Below, in pieces: positions 35,119 through 47,620 of a DNA stretch of 64,000 nucleotides. A program made the position numbers and the translations under genes. The notes below the pieces were generated by a model. It searched no databases and was not told the origin of the DNA. It saw only the letters and a list, made by a program, of their open reading frames with translations. Source of the stretch: Marsupella aquatica (Eukaryota > Plantae > Marchantiophyta). The stretch is taken from positions 3,386,738 through 3,450,737 of the forward strand of contig OZ316896.1 of NCBI GenBank assembly GCA_973895155.1, given 5' to 3'. Within the stretch, counting starts at the first letter, position 1, and every line of letters starts with the position of its first letter.

Positions 35119-38022
35119 CTACTTAGCCGTTTCATCCAATTGGTCTACATCCTTTACTTCCTCCGGAATTGCAGCTAAAAAGGTGGATTCTATTGTAAAG
35201 CAGTCCTCGACCTCTTCGTCTTCTTCTTCCAAGTCACCTTCCATTGGTTCTTGCCATAATCCGCTGGGGGGTACCTCTGGTCCAAAGACACCTTCTTCGG
35301 TTAGGTTAGTGAGGCATTCTAACCAACGTACTTCATCGGCTGACTCCAGTCCACTGTCGTACCCATCTACTTCCCTTATGCTTTTCCTACGGTCATCCTT
35401 AGTGTCCCAGGATACCGTGATAGAGGGGGTCCCGAAAGTGAACTGCTTTTTACCCCAATCTTCTATTACCTCGGCTAGGTACAGCCATGGCCTACCAATC
35501 AATAGCCGGAATGACGTAGGATTTACCGGCTTCATTACTACATAGTTAATGCTAAAGAAGATACCTCCTATCTCTGTCTTGATGCCGGTTAACACTCCCG
35601 TCGGAATGACCTGATATCCATTGGCCATGTTCAACACTCTTCCAGTCATCTCCGGTGTTAGACCCCACCCTTTTGCTGTTGAATCAATCATAATACATAC
35701 CCCTGATCCTCCATCGATGGGTACCCGTAGTAATAATTCTCCTTGAATCATTAATGGTAATGCTGGGACTCCTTGATCTTCTTCTATTATTAGTACGTCG
35801 GATCTGGTTGCTACCTTGGGTAATCTCGGCTTGCCGAGAATAGCCTTCCTTAATTGCTTCCGGAAGTACGGGCTATTTTTCAATAGTTGACCTACTGTTG
35901 CCGAGACTCTAGATTCTAGTACATCTTTAGCCAGGTCATAGGGAACAATCGGCTTCTCTTCTGGTGGTGTTTCCGTCTTGGATTCGGCCAGTTTTGCCAC
36001 GCTAGTCTCCACAGCTGTTGGGTCTTCCGAAGCAAACAATGCTTTTGCTCGTTTTACATCCTTGGCAATGGCTTCGGTATTCTCCAGGGTTTCTAATTCT
36101 CTTAGTTGTTCCTTAACACTAGCCGTAACAGAGGGGTAGAACAACTTAGGATGATCTCGATTGAAGTCGCTATCTTGTGAAGGATTGGTTTCACTGGTGG
36201 GCTCATGGCTTACCTGTATTGCCGGAGCCCTCCCTTCTCCTTCTGTTGATGTTGACGAAGAGTCGATCCTTTCCTCCGTAACCTTCCCTTTATTTTTGGC
36301 CAGCCCATCCCACCTTTCCTTCCTTCTGGTAGATCGAGTAGAGACCCGGTAGCAATCATGATCTAAATCCTCCTCTGAGAAGGTTGATAGGGCTTCGGCC
36401 TCATCATCAGATGGTACGAACTCTGCCTCGGCATCCTCTTGCCATCCTAGTTCGATGTGGTTGATTTGAACTCCTCCGGGGGTAGTACCTGGCGGTAAGA
36501 TCTTGATCGGCAAAAGCTTATGATTTGCGGCCAGGCCTGCCAACCAAGTAGGACATTGCCCTAGCATATGACCTTCCTGTCGGCATCCCATACATAGCTG
36601 AGCTGGTTGTCCATCACCCTGTTTGCATGCATTCGGGCATTCTCTAGCAAAATGGCCAGGTTGACCACAATTATAGCACGCCGCAAATCTTTGCACATTC
36701 GGCCTAGGAGGTACTGACGGGTTCTGAATAATCCGAGGATACATCTCTCCTGGATTGTTCCTTAACCCTGACCATAGAGATGCAGGTCTGTTGGATAGGT
36801 CTCGTGCTCCAGTCTCACTGATGCCGAAAACACTATCAGCGGCATCTCCCAAAAAGTACTCTACTTCTCCCTGACATGGTCTGATCTCGGCCACATGCCG
36901 AACATGATTAGTATTAAGCTTAGGACACGCATCTTTATGGTGTCCGGTTTTATAACATAAGGCACACCATACAGAGCTATCCTCCTGTACTACCTTCTTC
37001 TTTGGTTTTACCTCTGCAATGATAGCCTTAAGTTGCTCGGTAAGGGCTACGATGTTATCTGGTGGCTTAGCCTCCATCTTGACTTTCGTCTTCCCTCTCC
37101 TTCTGCCCTTCCTTTTCCTAGTTTTTTCTTCTTCAGAACTAGAAGATGACTCACTCTTGCTACTCCCACTATCCGAGCTTGACTTATCACTTCTAGACTT
37201 CTTGGGATGTTTCTTCTTCTTATCTTTTTTCTTATGGGGTGATCCCTCCTCTGATGAGGAACTCTCAGACTTAAGCTGTTTCTTCCGGCTTGTGATATCT
37301 GCATTAATGTATAATTGAATATCCTTAATTGCTTCGGCTAAAGTCTCCGGGTTCTCCTTCCTAATTGCAAAACTCATCTTCTGTGGCAAAGCATTCACCA
37401 ACCATTGAAGTTGCATACCTTCAGATGCATTGGTCTTTGTACGTCTTACCAGTTTCTGAAAGCGTTGCAAGAACTTCCTGAAGGATTTGTTCTCCTTGAA
37501 CCGAAGTTGTCCCAACTTCAGCACTGCTAGTTCTGAAGTTCCAATGGGTCGAAACTCCTTAACAAAGAGTGTTTTGAAGATATCCCAGATGGCTTGATCT
37601 TCCACATCTAATGCTCTGTACCAAGGCCTAGCCTCACCCTTGAACAGGCCGGGAAGAATCTGCATCTTGATGGCCGATTCTCCATTTGCTGCAGCGGTTC
37701 CCTCGAAATCATCCAACCATTCGTCCGGATCCTCATCTCCTCTCCCATGAAATGCCTTGTAATGTATGCGCGACCGCTGGCTCAATCTGGTCCCTGGCCT
37801 CTCGTCTGGCCGTGCCTCTGGTTCCCCCATGTCGGTTGGAGACTCACTTCTCCTTACCGACTCTTCTTCTGGTATGTCTTCTTCGACGCCACTTCCAGTT
37901 TCGGAGCTACCAGCTCTTTCTGCCCCTCTCAGTCGCTGTGTATCATGCCACCCGGCGAGCTGCTGCAGTCGAGCTCTCTCCCGTTGAATCACTCTTTCTT
38001 CCCTCGGCGTAAGGTCAGTCAT
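35119..38022 (-). CDS. Gypsy gag-protease (967 aa) with three CCHC zinc knuckles
   Basis: Capsid-like FHGRGDEDPDEWL...GEARPWY; knuckles CALC..GH....C, CYNCGQPGHFAREC, CMGC..GH....C; protease IDGGSG and LLIGRPWL. Confidence 0.92.
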   Translation of the reverse strand: MTDLTPREERVIQRERARLQQLAGWHDTQRLRGAERAGSSETGSGVEEDIPEEESVRRSESPTDMGEPEARPDERPGTRLSQRSRIHYKAFHGRGDEDPDEWLDDFEGTAAANGESAIKMQILPGLFKGEARPWYRALDVEDQAIWDIFKTLFVKEFRPIGTSELAVLKLGQLRFKENKSFRKFLQRFQKLVRRTKTNASEGMQLQWLVNALPQKMSFAIRKENPETLAEAIKDIQLYINADITSRKKQLKSESSSSEEGSPHKKKDKKKKHPKKSRSDKSSSDSGSSKSESSSSSEEEKTRKRKGRRRGKTKVKMEAKPPDNIVALTEQLKAIIAEVKPKKKVVQEDSSVWCALCYKTGHHKDACPKLNTNHVRHVAEIRPCQGEVEYFLGDAADSVFGISETGARDLSNRPASLWSGLRNNPGEMYPRIIQNPSVPPRPNVQRFAACYNCGQPGHFARECPNACKQGDGQPAQLCMGCRQEGHMLGQCPTWLAGLAANHKLLPIKILPPGTTPGGVQINHIELGWQEDAEAEFVPSDDEAEALSTFSEEDLDHDCYRVSTRSTRRKERWDGLAKNKGKVTEERIDSSSTSTEGEGRAPAIQVSHEPTSETNPSQDSDFNRDHPKLFYPSVTASVKEQLRELETLENTEAIAKDVKRAKALFASEDPTAVETSVAKLAESKTETPPEEKPIVPYDLAKDVLESRVSATVGQLLKNSPYFRKQLRKAILGKPRLPKVATRSDVLIIEEDQGVPALPLMIQGELLLRVPIDGGSGVCIMIDSTAKGWGLTPEMTGRVLNMANGYQVIPTGVLTGIKTEIGGIFFSINYVVMKPVNPTSFRLLIGRPWLYLAEVIEDWGKKQFTFGTPSITVSWDTKDDRRKSIREVDGYDSGLESADEVRWLECLTNLTEEGVFGPEVPPSGLWQEPMEGDLEEEDEEVEDCFTIESTFLAAIPEEVKDVDQLDETAK

Positions 38023-38069
38023 TACCTACGCTTCCGTTCTAACTTCATATCTCACGGCTTAAGAAATGC

Positions 38070-38087
38070 CCCCTCCATCTAGCGCCA
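38070..38087 (-). promoter_or_regulatory. Primer-binding site TGGCGCTAGATGGAGGGG
   Basis: Starts with TGG, 4 nt after the CA of the 5' LTR; cognate tRNA not determined. Confidence 0.8.
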
Positions 38088-38091
38088 AAAA

Positions 38092-41000
38092 TGTGGTGCG
38101 TCCCATGGCTCCCTAAACCCAAGAAACCCCCCAGCTCAAGCCGATTCCCGCAGGTTTTGTGCTTGGCGAGGCCGTTTCCGCGGCTTAGCGGCATGGGACG
38201 CTGCTAACCTTCTACTACTACTATTAACATTTTACACACATATACTGGACAGATCCTTCATCGGGTCATGAGATACGTAGCCGGCCTAATATAGGCCTTC
38301 CCCTGTCTTCCCCTGTCTTCCCCTCCGTCTTGTTAGATATGTTTGGATTCCGCCGCCGGAATGATCCCCAATAGGCTTGGTTAAGCCGCTAAGACCTCTC
38401 TCAGCTCGACACATCCAACTCTCACTCCCCTGCTTACTTTCCTTCCTTCTGTTGATGTGGGCACTCTTCACACAAGTTAATGCGACACACAAATAGCAAA
38501 ATGACTCATTCTGACTGAGTCATACCATGCACTTGCCATACAAACAGTACATCTCATACACAAGTTCTGCGAACTAAGCCGTGAGGCCAACTCTATTCAG
38601 CTCTTAGGCATGAGGAAACATGAATATACACAAGGGTCACTGTATGACTAACCGAGAGCTTCTCGTACTACTTGATCCCAGCCCGGCTGGTGCAAACTAA
38701 AAACTTGCTAAAGAAGAGGCCCTGAGCTCCCCGCTGCCCAGGTACTTATCCTGGTAGTGGATCCGCCATTCTTTGCATCGTAAGCCTAATCTACTTAACA
38801 GTAATCTACTTGCCCGAATCTACCTATGTACAGCAAGGCAAGAGCACAAGTGTTGCTCCTACCAGTGGGACCGCAATCCCACTAAGCTAAGTGTCAGGGC
38901 CGCTCCTGGTTCTGATCCTAATCCTAAACGTGGAGATCCGCGCCCGCCCTGCCCACTCACGCCTCCTCCCTCCACGTCCGCCCTCCCTAAAAGGAACGGC
39001 GCCCTTGCACCGTCACGACACCGGTGGTGGATCCTTAATGGACGCCCCCAACGCTTCCTCCTCAGCCACTGCCGTAGGTTCATTCTCTGACAGATTACCT
39101 GCCCTTGACTGAGTCAACTCTCCATCGGCCTGACTGGGTCCACCTTTGGCTTCAGCCTCGACACCGGCCTCGGCAATACCCACGGCTTCGGCCTCAGCCA
39201 CTCCCTCGGCTTCGGCCTCCCCTTCCCCTAGGGTAGTTGGATCCCTAGCCGTGACCCTGTCTGGGGTCGGTGCTGGGTCTACCTCCTTGATCACCACGGC
39301 CTGTGAAGTCGTATTACTCCTTGACCCTGAAGGTTTCCGCTTCTTCTTCGTTGGTGGCTCGGCAGCTGGTCCCTTCCCCTTCCCACTTACTTCCGGCACT
39401 GGTGCAGGTGGCGCGGCTTGTCCTTCGGCAATTACCACCCCTGGTAACTGGTTTGTCCCAACGGGAGATGGACCTGCTGCAGCTAAGCATTTAAATACTG
39501 CGGCTTGTTTCTTCAGCCGCTCTATTTGGTTGTCGGCCCGCCGCTGTAGGTTCTCCATCTTCCTCGTGATTTCCTCCAACTCCTCTTGGGTTCATCCAGG
39601 TCCTTACGTGCCCCCTCCAGCTCGTTTTTGGCCTCCTCCTGCTCCCTGTGGGCTTCCTCCAATTCCTTCTTCAAGGTAGCCCTCTCCTCCTGGGTTGCTC
39701 TTAGCTCCTTGTCGAGCTCTGCAATGATGACAGACTCCATCTGGTTCATCTTGGCGTAAGTCTGTTCGAGCATCTCGTCCTTCTCCCTTAGGTCGGCCTT
39801 GAAGCTGGCCGTCAGGGACGCAAGCTCCTGCTGCAGCGCCATAATCCCTTGATAGGATTTCCCTAACTCGACCTCCTTCTGCTCAAGGGCTCCGCGGATT
39901 TTCTCGAGCTCCCCTTTCAACGCCCATTCCTTTCTTTGGGTCTCCGCCATGGCCCGACTGTTGGCTGTTATGTGGGCCTCCTCTGTATTCTTCAGCTCTC
40001 GCTTCCACTTCTCCCTCTCTTTGATCGTGTCGGCCAACTCTCCCTGCGTCTGAGTCAGTTTATCCTTGATATTCTGATTATCAGCCTGCGCGGTGTCCAA
40101 CTGCCCCTGCATGATGTTCAGCTCATGCCGTTTAATCCGCAGTTCATCTTGGGCTTTCTTGGCCGCCCTTAGATCTTCAATCTCGGCTTCCATCCTCCTA
40201 AGCCGCCGAATGACCTCGTCCTTCTTGCTTCTCTCTAAAGCCACCGCTTCTTCTAATTGGTGCTTCTCCAACTGCTCCCTATGGAAAAAGGGTCCTACCT
40301 CCAACTCCTCTCCAAAGATGCCGAGCACAAGTTCCCCACACATCTCACCATACTCCATGGCTCTATTCTTAGCGTAGGTGGAGTAAGTAGAAGTGATCGG
40401 CATCGCCCATCGTGGCCTCTGCTCCCAAGCCGTCCTGCGGATCTCTTCAATCGTGGCTAGAGGTTTGCTTCCTTTTTTGGCTAGCCGCCTGATGTCCTCC
40501 GGCCAATCTCCTCTTGGTAAATCCTTTTCCTTAGCCAGGGCGGCCTCCTCCTCCTGCTTGATTCGCTTCTGAAATTCCTGCACCGTCTGTTTTATGTCGT
40601 CGAAGCTCGGGGGAGCAACATCTGGTGGGGGAGACTCAGGGCTACTCTGCTGGTTGGGGTCCCCTTGCACTACCCTTGGAAGTGTGGGGACAAACCGGCC
40701 ACAGGTCCTTACTCCTGGAACGTGATGGTCCGACCCATAGCCGGAATTATCATGGCTGTAGTCCTCCACTGCCTCCTCTACCTCTTGGACGTCCGGCTTC
40801 TCCCTCTCCTCTTCGTCGGTAGGAGCTTCAGGCAATTCTGCCTCAGATTCGGAGCTTGAGGTTCCCATGTACATTCGAACACCTGGCTTGGATTCCGGCC
40901 TGATTCTCTCCTTGTCTCCAGCAAAGGGGTTTTCTCTTGTGAGCCGGTGTAGGCCTACCTCTGTAGTAGTGTCCTGCATTGTTGCCGTTGCCGTTGTTGT

Positions 41001-42726
41001 TGCCGATGCCAATTTCTTTCCTTTCTCCAGTAGTTTTAGCAGACTCTGCATGCCTGGTTGCTGCATCGGCAAGTCTTCCTTCCTGGGCCTAAACACCTGC
41101 TCGATCGTAGGACTAACAGGTGGTTGAGGCTTCTCAGCCAACGGCCTCGGCGTTGGAGCTTCCTCGGGTGCCCTTACCTGCAGGGGAAGTACCGGGGCAA
41201 AAGTCTGACCTCTGGCATACCGGCACAACAGCGGCATGTGATAGCCAAGCCGCGACACGCTCCCCATGCTGATTACCTGCTGCTCCTCCTTTAAGATCTT
41301 CTTCAATTGGTTGAGGAGGTACCCGTTGTAGTCCCGGCTTGGGTCTGGCCTTTCTGCCAGATAGACCTGTGCCTTGCCGATCTCTGCCCTCGGCAAGTTA
41401 CAATGCATGGTCACCCGCAAGAAGTCGATCATCTCTCCTATGTGCGGGTTGGTGCAGGTGTTCCGGAAGAAGCCATTCTTTGTTGATGGCCCGGGGAATG
41501 ACCGGAACTCCTTGTCAGGCAAGGTCTTCCTGGTATCAACTTTGGTCTTATTGCCTATCGGCAAGCCAAACACCTCGGCAATTACCTTGGGAGTAAGATA
41601 GAAATCCTTCCCATATATCCTCGTGCAATTGGTCTCGGGTTCCCATGACCCCACGAATTCTAATAGGTCTGACTCCGGTACCTCCGGCTTCAGCCATGGT
41701 AATCTTACAAAGGCCTCCAAGCCGGATCCGGCCATGAAGCCTTGGTACTTCTTGGTCTGCATGGCCGTAAAGCATGCATCCTCCTCCCGTGCAAAATGTA
41801 GTTGCACCTCCACCGGTAGGGTTGCCGCCCAGCCCTTCCAGGTGTCATCCCTGGTTGGAATGGCCTTGATGGGATCGACCTCCTCCTCTTCGGCTTCTCC
41901 CTGCCTCCTGCTCTGCTGCTCGGCTGGCCTCTTTGGTGCCGCCGACCTCGTTCTTTTTGCCGGGGTGGCTTCATCGTTGACGGCCCCCTTCCTCTTCATC
42001 TCTGCTGCCGTGGAGGTTTCTCCTAGCACCGTTGCCTGGGTCCACCTTTCCGTGCTACCCTTTAATTCCCAGTGTATGTCGTTGCAGTTCTTGATGGCCT
42101 CTCGGATGCCGACGACGCTGTCTTTGCAAAACAGAAGATCGTCGAGTTGATTGGAAGTAGGCGTCCACAGGAACTCGTCCTTGATGAGTTCGCCTCCTAA
42201 GAAAGCCGTCTTCTGCAGCTCCCACAATCAAGCGAGCTCCTGCCGTTCTCGAGCTGCCCTTTCTGACTCCTCGTCCTCGTAAGTCTTGATGTACTCAGTT
42301 GCCCGTTCGAACAGGCATCCCCAGAAATGTGCCGCTTGATTGACGTTGCTCATACCCTCCTTAGGTCGATCATCGGTATCTATTCTCTCCCCGAGTGCTT
42401 GCCTAAGCAGCTGACAGTAGTTGGCCTCCCGTAGTCGTCTGCCTAGTTCGTGCTCGCAAATGAGCCACCATCTCCTGCAAGCGCTCCTTACCCCTCTCCT
42501 CTGCCGGTCCTTCTTCCCGTTGATCCTTCCTAGCCGCCGACGCTTAACGCGCCCTAACCCTAATCGGGTTTTCACCCTCAGCCTTACCTCCGGCCTCTGC
42601 CCGGGTTCCATGGTTGCCTCTAATTGTTTATATTTTCCTTGTTTTGTCCCTATACTAAGGTGTTCCTAGGGTGCCTTCCTGCTTTACCCACTTAACCGGC
42701 CGAGTGATTCCTGTCTAGGCATCACA
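38092..42726 (-). repeat. 5' LTR (4635 bp)
   Basis: Direct repeat of 27242-31866, followed on the plus strand by TSD CAATG. Confidence 0.95.
39013..42611 (-). pseudogene. 5'-LTR copy of the large ORF, split by one CGA>TGA nonsense change
   Basis: ORFs 42228-42611 and 39522-42227 are contiguous and in frame; cccacaatca here versus cccacaatcg in the 3' LTR. Confidence 0.9.
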
Positions 42727-44417
42727 CAATGCTCAGCCAGGCTCCACTATCTTTGCTCACAAACTCTGCTCACAAACTCCGCTCACAAACCAATTTCTCA
42801 GACCTCCAGACTAAAGCTCGCAGCAGCCTCAATCCTGAACACATGAGCGCCTGAGCAGCAAGTTGTCAAGCAATGGTCAGGGCAATGGGAGTGCAAATAT
42901 AAGGGGTAGCAGTAAGTCCCCTCACCTCACTCACATGCCAAACACAAAAGCAGGGCCCGGTTGGCCTTGCAGCCCAATGATCCACCTCACACAATAAACT
43001 TCGTGAGACCTCCACAATTGATCGACGACCTTCTACCCTGCCACCAAGCAATGAGCAGCCCGATGATCCACCTTGCTCCCCACTTTGTGAGACCTCCACA
43101 ATGTGCCGACGACCTTGAACCCTGCCACCAAGCAATGAGCTCTCTGCTGTTGACTCCCTCAATGCTCACCCTAAACCTTCAACACTCTCGCCAAGCTATG
43201 GAAAAAAACCGCGATTGCTTCCCTTCTGGGTCGAGGTTTTTTGCTGCGGACAATGGAAGTGAATGCTTGAGGGTTTGCTTCACAAAAGGCCTCACTTTGC
43301 TAGGAAGGACCTGTGCACACTGACTAGACGCCTGAACCCACACTTAGTGGCAGAACTGATGCAAACCCAAACCTACATTGGCCCATTTCCAAAACCCCTA
43401 ACCCCTTTTCCATTGAGGCAAGCCGTTGAGCTTGCTAGTTGCACACACACACACACTGGCTTTAGCAACAAAGGTTAGACCACTAATGAGAGTTAGAGAT
43501 AACTGCAGAGATAACTTTGAAGCCACCCATTTAGATATAAAAATGAGGCCAATTTATATTATATGCATGCCAGTATGGGACCCTAGCTAGTTGGCACATC
43601 TACCATAACATAGTTGAGATTTTTTTTATGTTGTAACACTTGTAAACTTGTGGCATGCATATGCTGTAAACCCTAAAACCCTAAACCCTAGACCAAGTAC
43701 CTTTAATTTACCTTGTATATTACTTACCTTGTATCGCTACGTACTCACACAATATCGCGAGGGCATTTCCTTTAGTCCCACTGACAAATGTGTTTAAAGG
43801 AACTAAGAAAATTAGGATATGCCCCCAAATGGTATGTGTTGGGCGGGGTCAAATGGGATTAGATTGTGGTGTTAAACCCTAAAGTTCTCTTGCATGTATA
43901 AAGCTCTAATGTAGCGGGAGCCACTTAACAAACTTCATTCTTGTTGGTTGAACTTAGTTACAGTTGCAATTTCCACAATAGTTATAGAAATGACTTCCCA
44001 AGAATCAAGAAACTCCAGAATCACCGACCCAATTCTGTTCGACAAGCATAGCTCTCTCCTCTGTGCCGCCCGATCGTCTCTAATGTGATGTAATGCGTCT
44101 GATTGGCAGAGTGGCCGTGAAATTCAGGGTTTTGTAGACCACATCTAACATTTCTGTTAGGGTTTAATTAGTCTTGGGGTTCTTTGGTTAGGGTTTTAAA
44201 TCACCCCCACAAGGTTTAATCAATGAAAGGTGATGGTCACCAAATGTCATCTAGATTGTCAATGGCAATTAGTTTGTGGAGCCTTGTTTTACACCTTTGT
44301 CATTAAACTTATATATGTTTTTTGGCAAAGGTAGTTGGAACTCATTTTCCAGGTCTTGCTTAAGCATTACCTTTGTGTCACCTTTGATGTAAACCAAGTA
44401 AACCTCTTTCGTACTTA

Positions 44418-44565
44418 TTATGCAGGCCTTGATGTCATCTGGTGGGTTTCCTTCATTATGCAGGCCTTGATGTCATGGTGGGTTTTCAAGCCAAAGCCTT
44501 GATGTCATCTGGTGGGTTTCCTTCATTATGCAGGCCTTGATGTCATGGTGGGTTTTCAAGCCAAA
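44418..44565. repeat. Nested tandem repeat (gccttgatgtcat[ct]ggtgggttt units)
   Basis: Four sub-units forming two ~71-bp higher-order copies. Confidence 0.8.
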
Positions 44566-47309
44566 CATTTTTACCGACCCCCATTAGGGGTCCTTTCCAG
44601 AATTCCAGGCTCCACATTGCACCACATCATCATGGCGACATTGGATAAAGTTGTAAGCATGACTTCCCACAACCTCTGAACCAAAACTTAGTTGGTATGA
44701 TGTAACTAACATGACACCCACAAACTTGGAGTCGCATATTTATGAAGGTCTCACACAAGTCACATAGGGGAGGGTCTCAGAATGGGTGGTTTTCTTCTAG
44801 TGATTTTGAATTTGTTGTCAAACATTGTTTGGGCAGGTTACAAAAGTCAATTCGTAAACTAAATCCAAAATTTGATACACGGTATCACTTTTGGTATGTG
44901 AAATGTTAAGCGTACTGTTGCTCATCATAAAAAATTTAGTTTTTGGTCAAAATCTTGATTTTGGAAACAATTGCAAAAATTTATCTAACACATTTTATTT
45001 TTCCAAATGTGAGTATTCTAGTCTATAGTCTCTCGCAAAAGATGACATCCAAATATTTTATTTCCAGATCATTAGTTTAGCTCCCAAAACGTCACTAGGC
45101 GCAATACAAAAACTGATCCATTTCTTAATTTTTTTCAAAAAAGCTTGTTTTAACAAAAAAACATGTTTTGTATCACCATTTTCTGCAAAATCTGAAGAGG
45201 CTTCTCGTTTGGTGGTCACACTTCTCGTTTGGTCTATCAACGTGTTTAAACCTATTAAGATAAACACCTGCATGTATATACTTAGAGTTACTCAATGCAT
45301 AGTATTTATTTGAATGAATGATCTTTTTCGTTGAATGATTCTATATCTTGTCATTAGAATGAATATTAGTTGGACGAAATATTTGATAGTACGATAATGC
45401 CTAGACCAGTACCTGTTCTTCCTCTCCCTAATCCTTTCCTTATTAGAATTCATATACTCCAAAAAGAGAAAATGCGTCAGCATATGATTTTTCACTTTGG
45501 AGAAGCATCTGCCGTGTTAAATTCAATAGAGCCACTTGTGTACCCTTATGTAGTTTATGGGCAGAATTGGGCTTGCACAAGTTTTATCTTGTATTGAGAT
45601 GGATTTCAACAAACCTCCCTCCGATGAACATCCTGTTTCTTTCTCGTTGAGAGATATTTGTTTTGTAACTCGACCCAAGGTAGTTGCCAAGGAGGCAATA
45701 GTCCGTAGGTTTGGAGAAAAGGGTTATGATGTTGTGCTTTCATCCACAGAACCATTCCCTGTGATGTCTGCTACCCAGTCTAGGATAGTAATCATGATCT
45801 TAACTTAAGTTCTCTCTTGACACTAGCAGCCATAGGCCAGGTGCTTCCTCAAGAACCACATTTTCCCCCCAGACAACGCCGAGACCAGAATGGCTCCGAC
45901 TATAGCAACCAACTCTCGTTTCTTGCCCCACTGATGGTCTAGGGGCCAAGTGCCCTTGGAACTCAGCCTCCACAACTACTTGGCCTTGCCTTCCCAACGC
46001 AAGCTCCCTAGCCTTGAGAGACTGAACGCGGCTTGGCTGCTATTTCAACAAGATTTGGCAAACTGTGGGCGAGATAGCCCCTACAAGCCCCGAGAACCTA
46101 TGGCACCCCTAGACCCAGTTGAGTTCAGGAGTATGTATTCATCCTTGAGAGCTTTCTAACGTACGCACCCAAGAAGTCCTTGGGGAAGTCCTCCAACAGA
46201 CTTTCCGTTGGAAAGTTATCGCCAATTTTGTTTGACATTTTCCCTTAGCATCACGACCACCGAGGCTCATGACTTTGGCTTGCCCTTAGCCCCCACCGTT
46301 CCCCTAATATACGCTTCTAGAGACTTGTCATCCCCGGACCAACTTTGGTCCCCAAATTTTGGCCCCCGACCTGGACCCAACCCGCATGTCTGGGCGCGCC
46401 ACCAACTAGCAATGCCCATAACTTTCTAGTTAGGCGTCCGCAAGCAGAGTGCCTTAGCCTGTTGTGATTGGGCCAACCTGGTGCTCATGCCTAGGCCCTC
46501 AGATCCCATCGTCGCCTTGGTCCCCGACCGGCCAAACCCGGATCAGACCATAACTTGCGCCTCAAGTGTCTGTTGCCCATGGATTCAACTCCATTGGCCT
46601 TGGGCCCAAGAGGAGCTCTCACTCAAGCCCTCAGAACTCACAGTCCGTTCAGAGTCAATCTTGAGCCCGACCCTTTCCCCTTGACCCATCCAGCCCTCAA
46701 CTAGTCCAAGTCCTTAGTGTGTGTCACCAGCTTAGCGCCTTGCTTTTGCCAATGCCACGCCCCATTGCCTACAAGTCTCCCCATGCTAAGTCCTCCCCAG
46801 ATGGCCTATCCAGGTCTGGCCCATAAGAGAGCAATGCGTTGGAGTCAGCAATTGTTAAGGTAGTCGAGTTATGCAACTAAATTCATGTTTGATTCAATAT
46901 AATTTCAAAAACATTGATACAATGTCCACAACAAGATCTTTATGTTCTTCTGCAACATCAGAGTGCAATAGCAGTGCACATTGCATATCTCACTCTGCTT
47001 ACACGGAGTTCAGTCAATTATCAGTCACGATAAACCAATCGTTTTTCCAGCAATTATGGCAAGATAGGCTACAAAGACAATGACTGCAAGTTGACTCCAA
47101 TTTTGTTCAAGATTCACAACCAATTTCTAGCTATCAAGGGGGGAGATTCATTCAATGCACTTTTGTCCCAACCTCCATTGGTGATGTTAGATGAAGAATT
47201 CCAACGCTGCCTCAATGAACCCTCCCCCAAGTAGCTTTCATACATTTCATGGAACTACAGGATGAGCTTTTGTTCCAGACCATCGTAATCAGTTTGATCT
47301 CTTCTTGCC

Positions 47310-47620
47310 TTGCACCAGGTCCACTTGCATCTACCAGTAGTGAGGATCAAGTCTCCTCAAGTCATGAAGCTACCTGTTAGGACAGAAACTGGAGGCAAAA
47401 TACCTGGTCAGGGCACCAATAGAAAGAGAGCTGCCAACACCGCCCCAATGAAGAAACCAAAGAAGGCTCAGAAGATTGTGCACTTGAGTGATGAAGAAGG
47501 CAATGGGGAAGATGGAACCTCAGTGAGTAGATGGGTAGACGCAGAAGTCAGCCACCTTATATTGTTCTGCTCAAAAATGGATGAGGAGTGTTCAACGAAT
47601 GCAAAGAAACAACGTCAGGT
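47310..47620 (+). pseudogene. Fragment of a Myb/SANT-like (trihelix-type) DNA-binding protein gene
   Basis: RWVDAEVSHLILFCSKMDEEC..NAKKQ after a basic KKPKK patch; upstream frame is broken. Confidence 0.45.

Larger units (their letters stand above)
27242..42726 (-). mobile_element. Full-length Ty3/gypsy (non-chromovirus-like) LTR retrotransposon, 15.5 kb, with ~4.6-kb LTRs
   Basis: Near-identical direct repeats 27242-31866 and 38092-42726 (TG...CA), TSD CAATG at 27237-27241 and 42727-42731, PBS, PPT, gag-PR-RT-RH-INT on the minus strand, no recognisable chromodomain. Confidence 0.97.

Noticed and set aside
27242-42726. The 4.6-kb direct repeats as a segmental duplication or two nested elements
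   Set aside because: Repeats are bounded exactly by TG..CA, PBS, PPT and a shared 5-bp TSD, as expected of true LTRs.
43668-43690. Telomere-like AAACCCTA repeats
   Set aside because: Only about three imperfect units; common interstitial telo-box-like sequence.
45370-46700. Several short plus-strand ORFs as a gene
   Set aside because: No recognisable domain or consistent splice model; possibly an eroded retroelement fragment.
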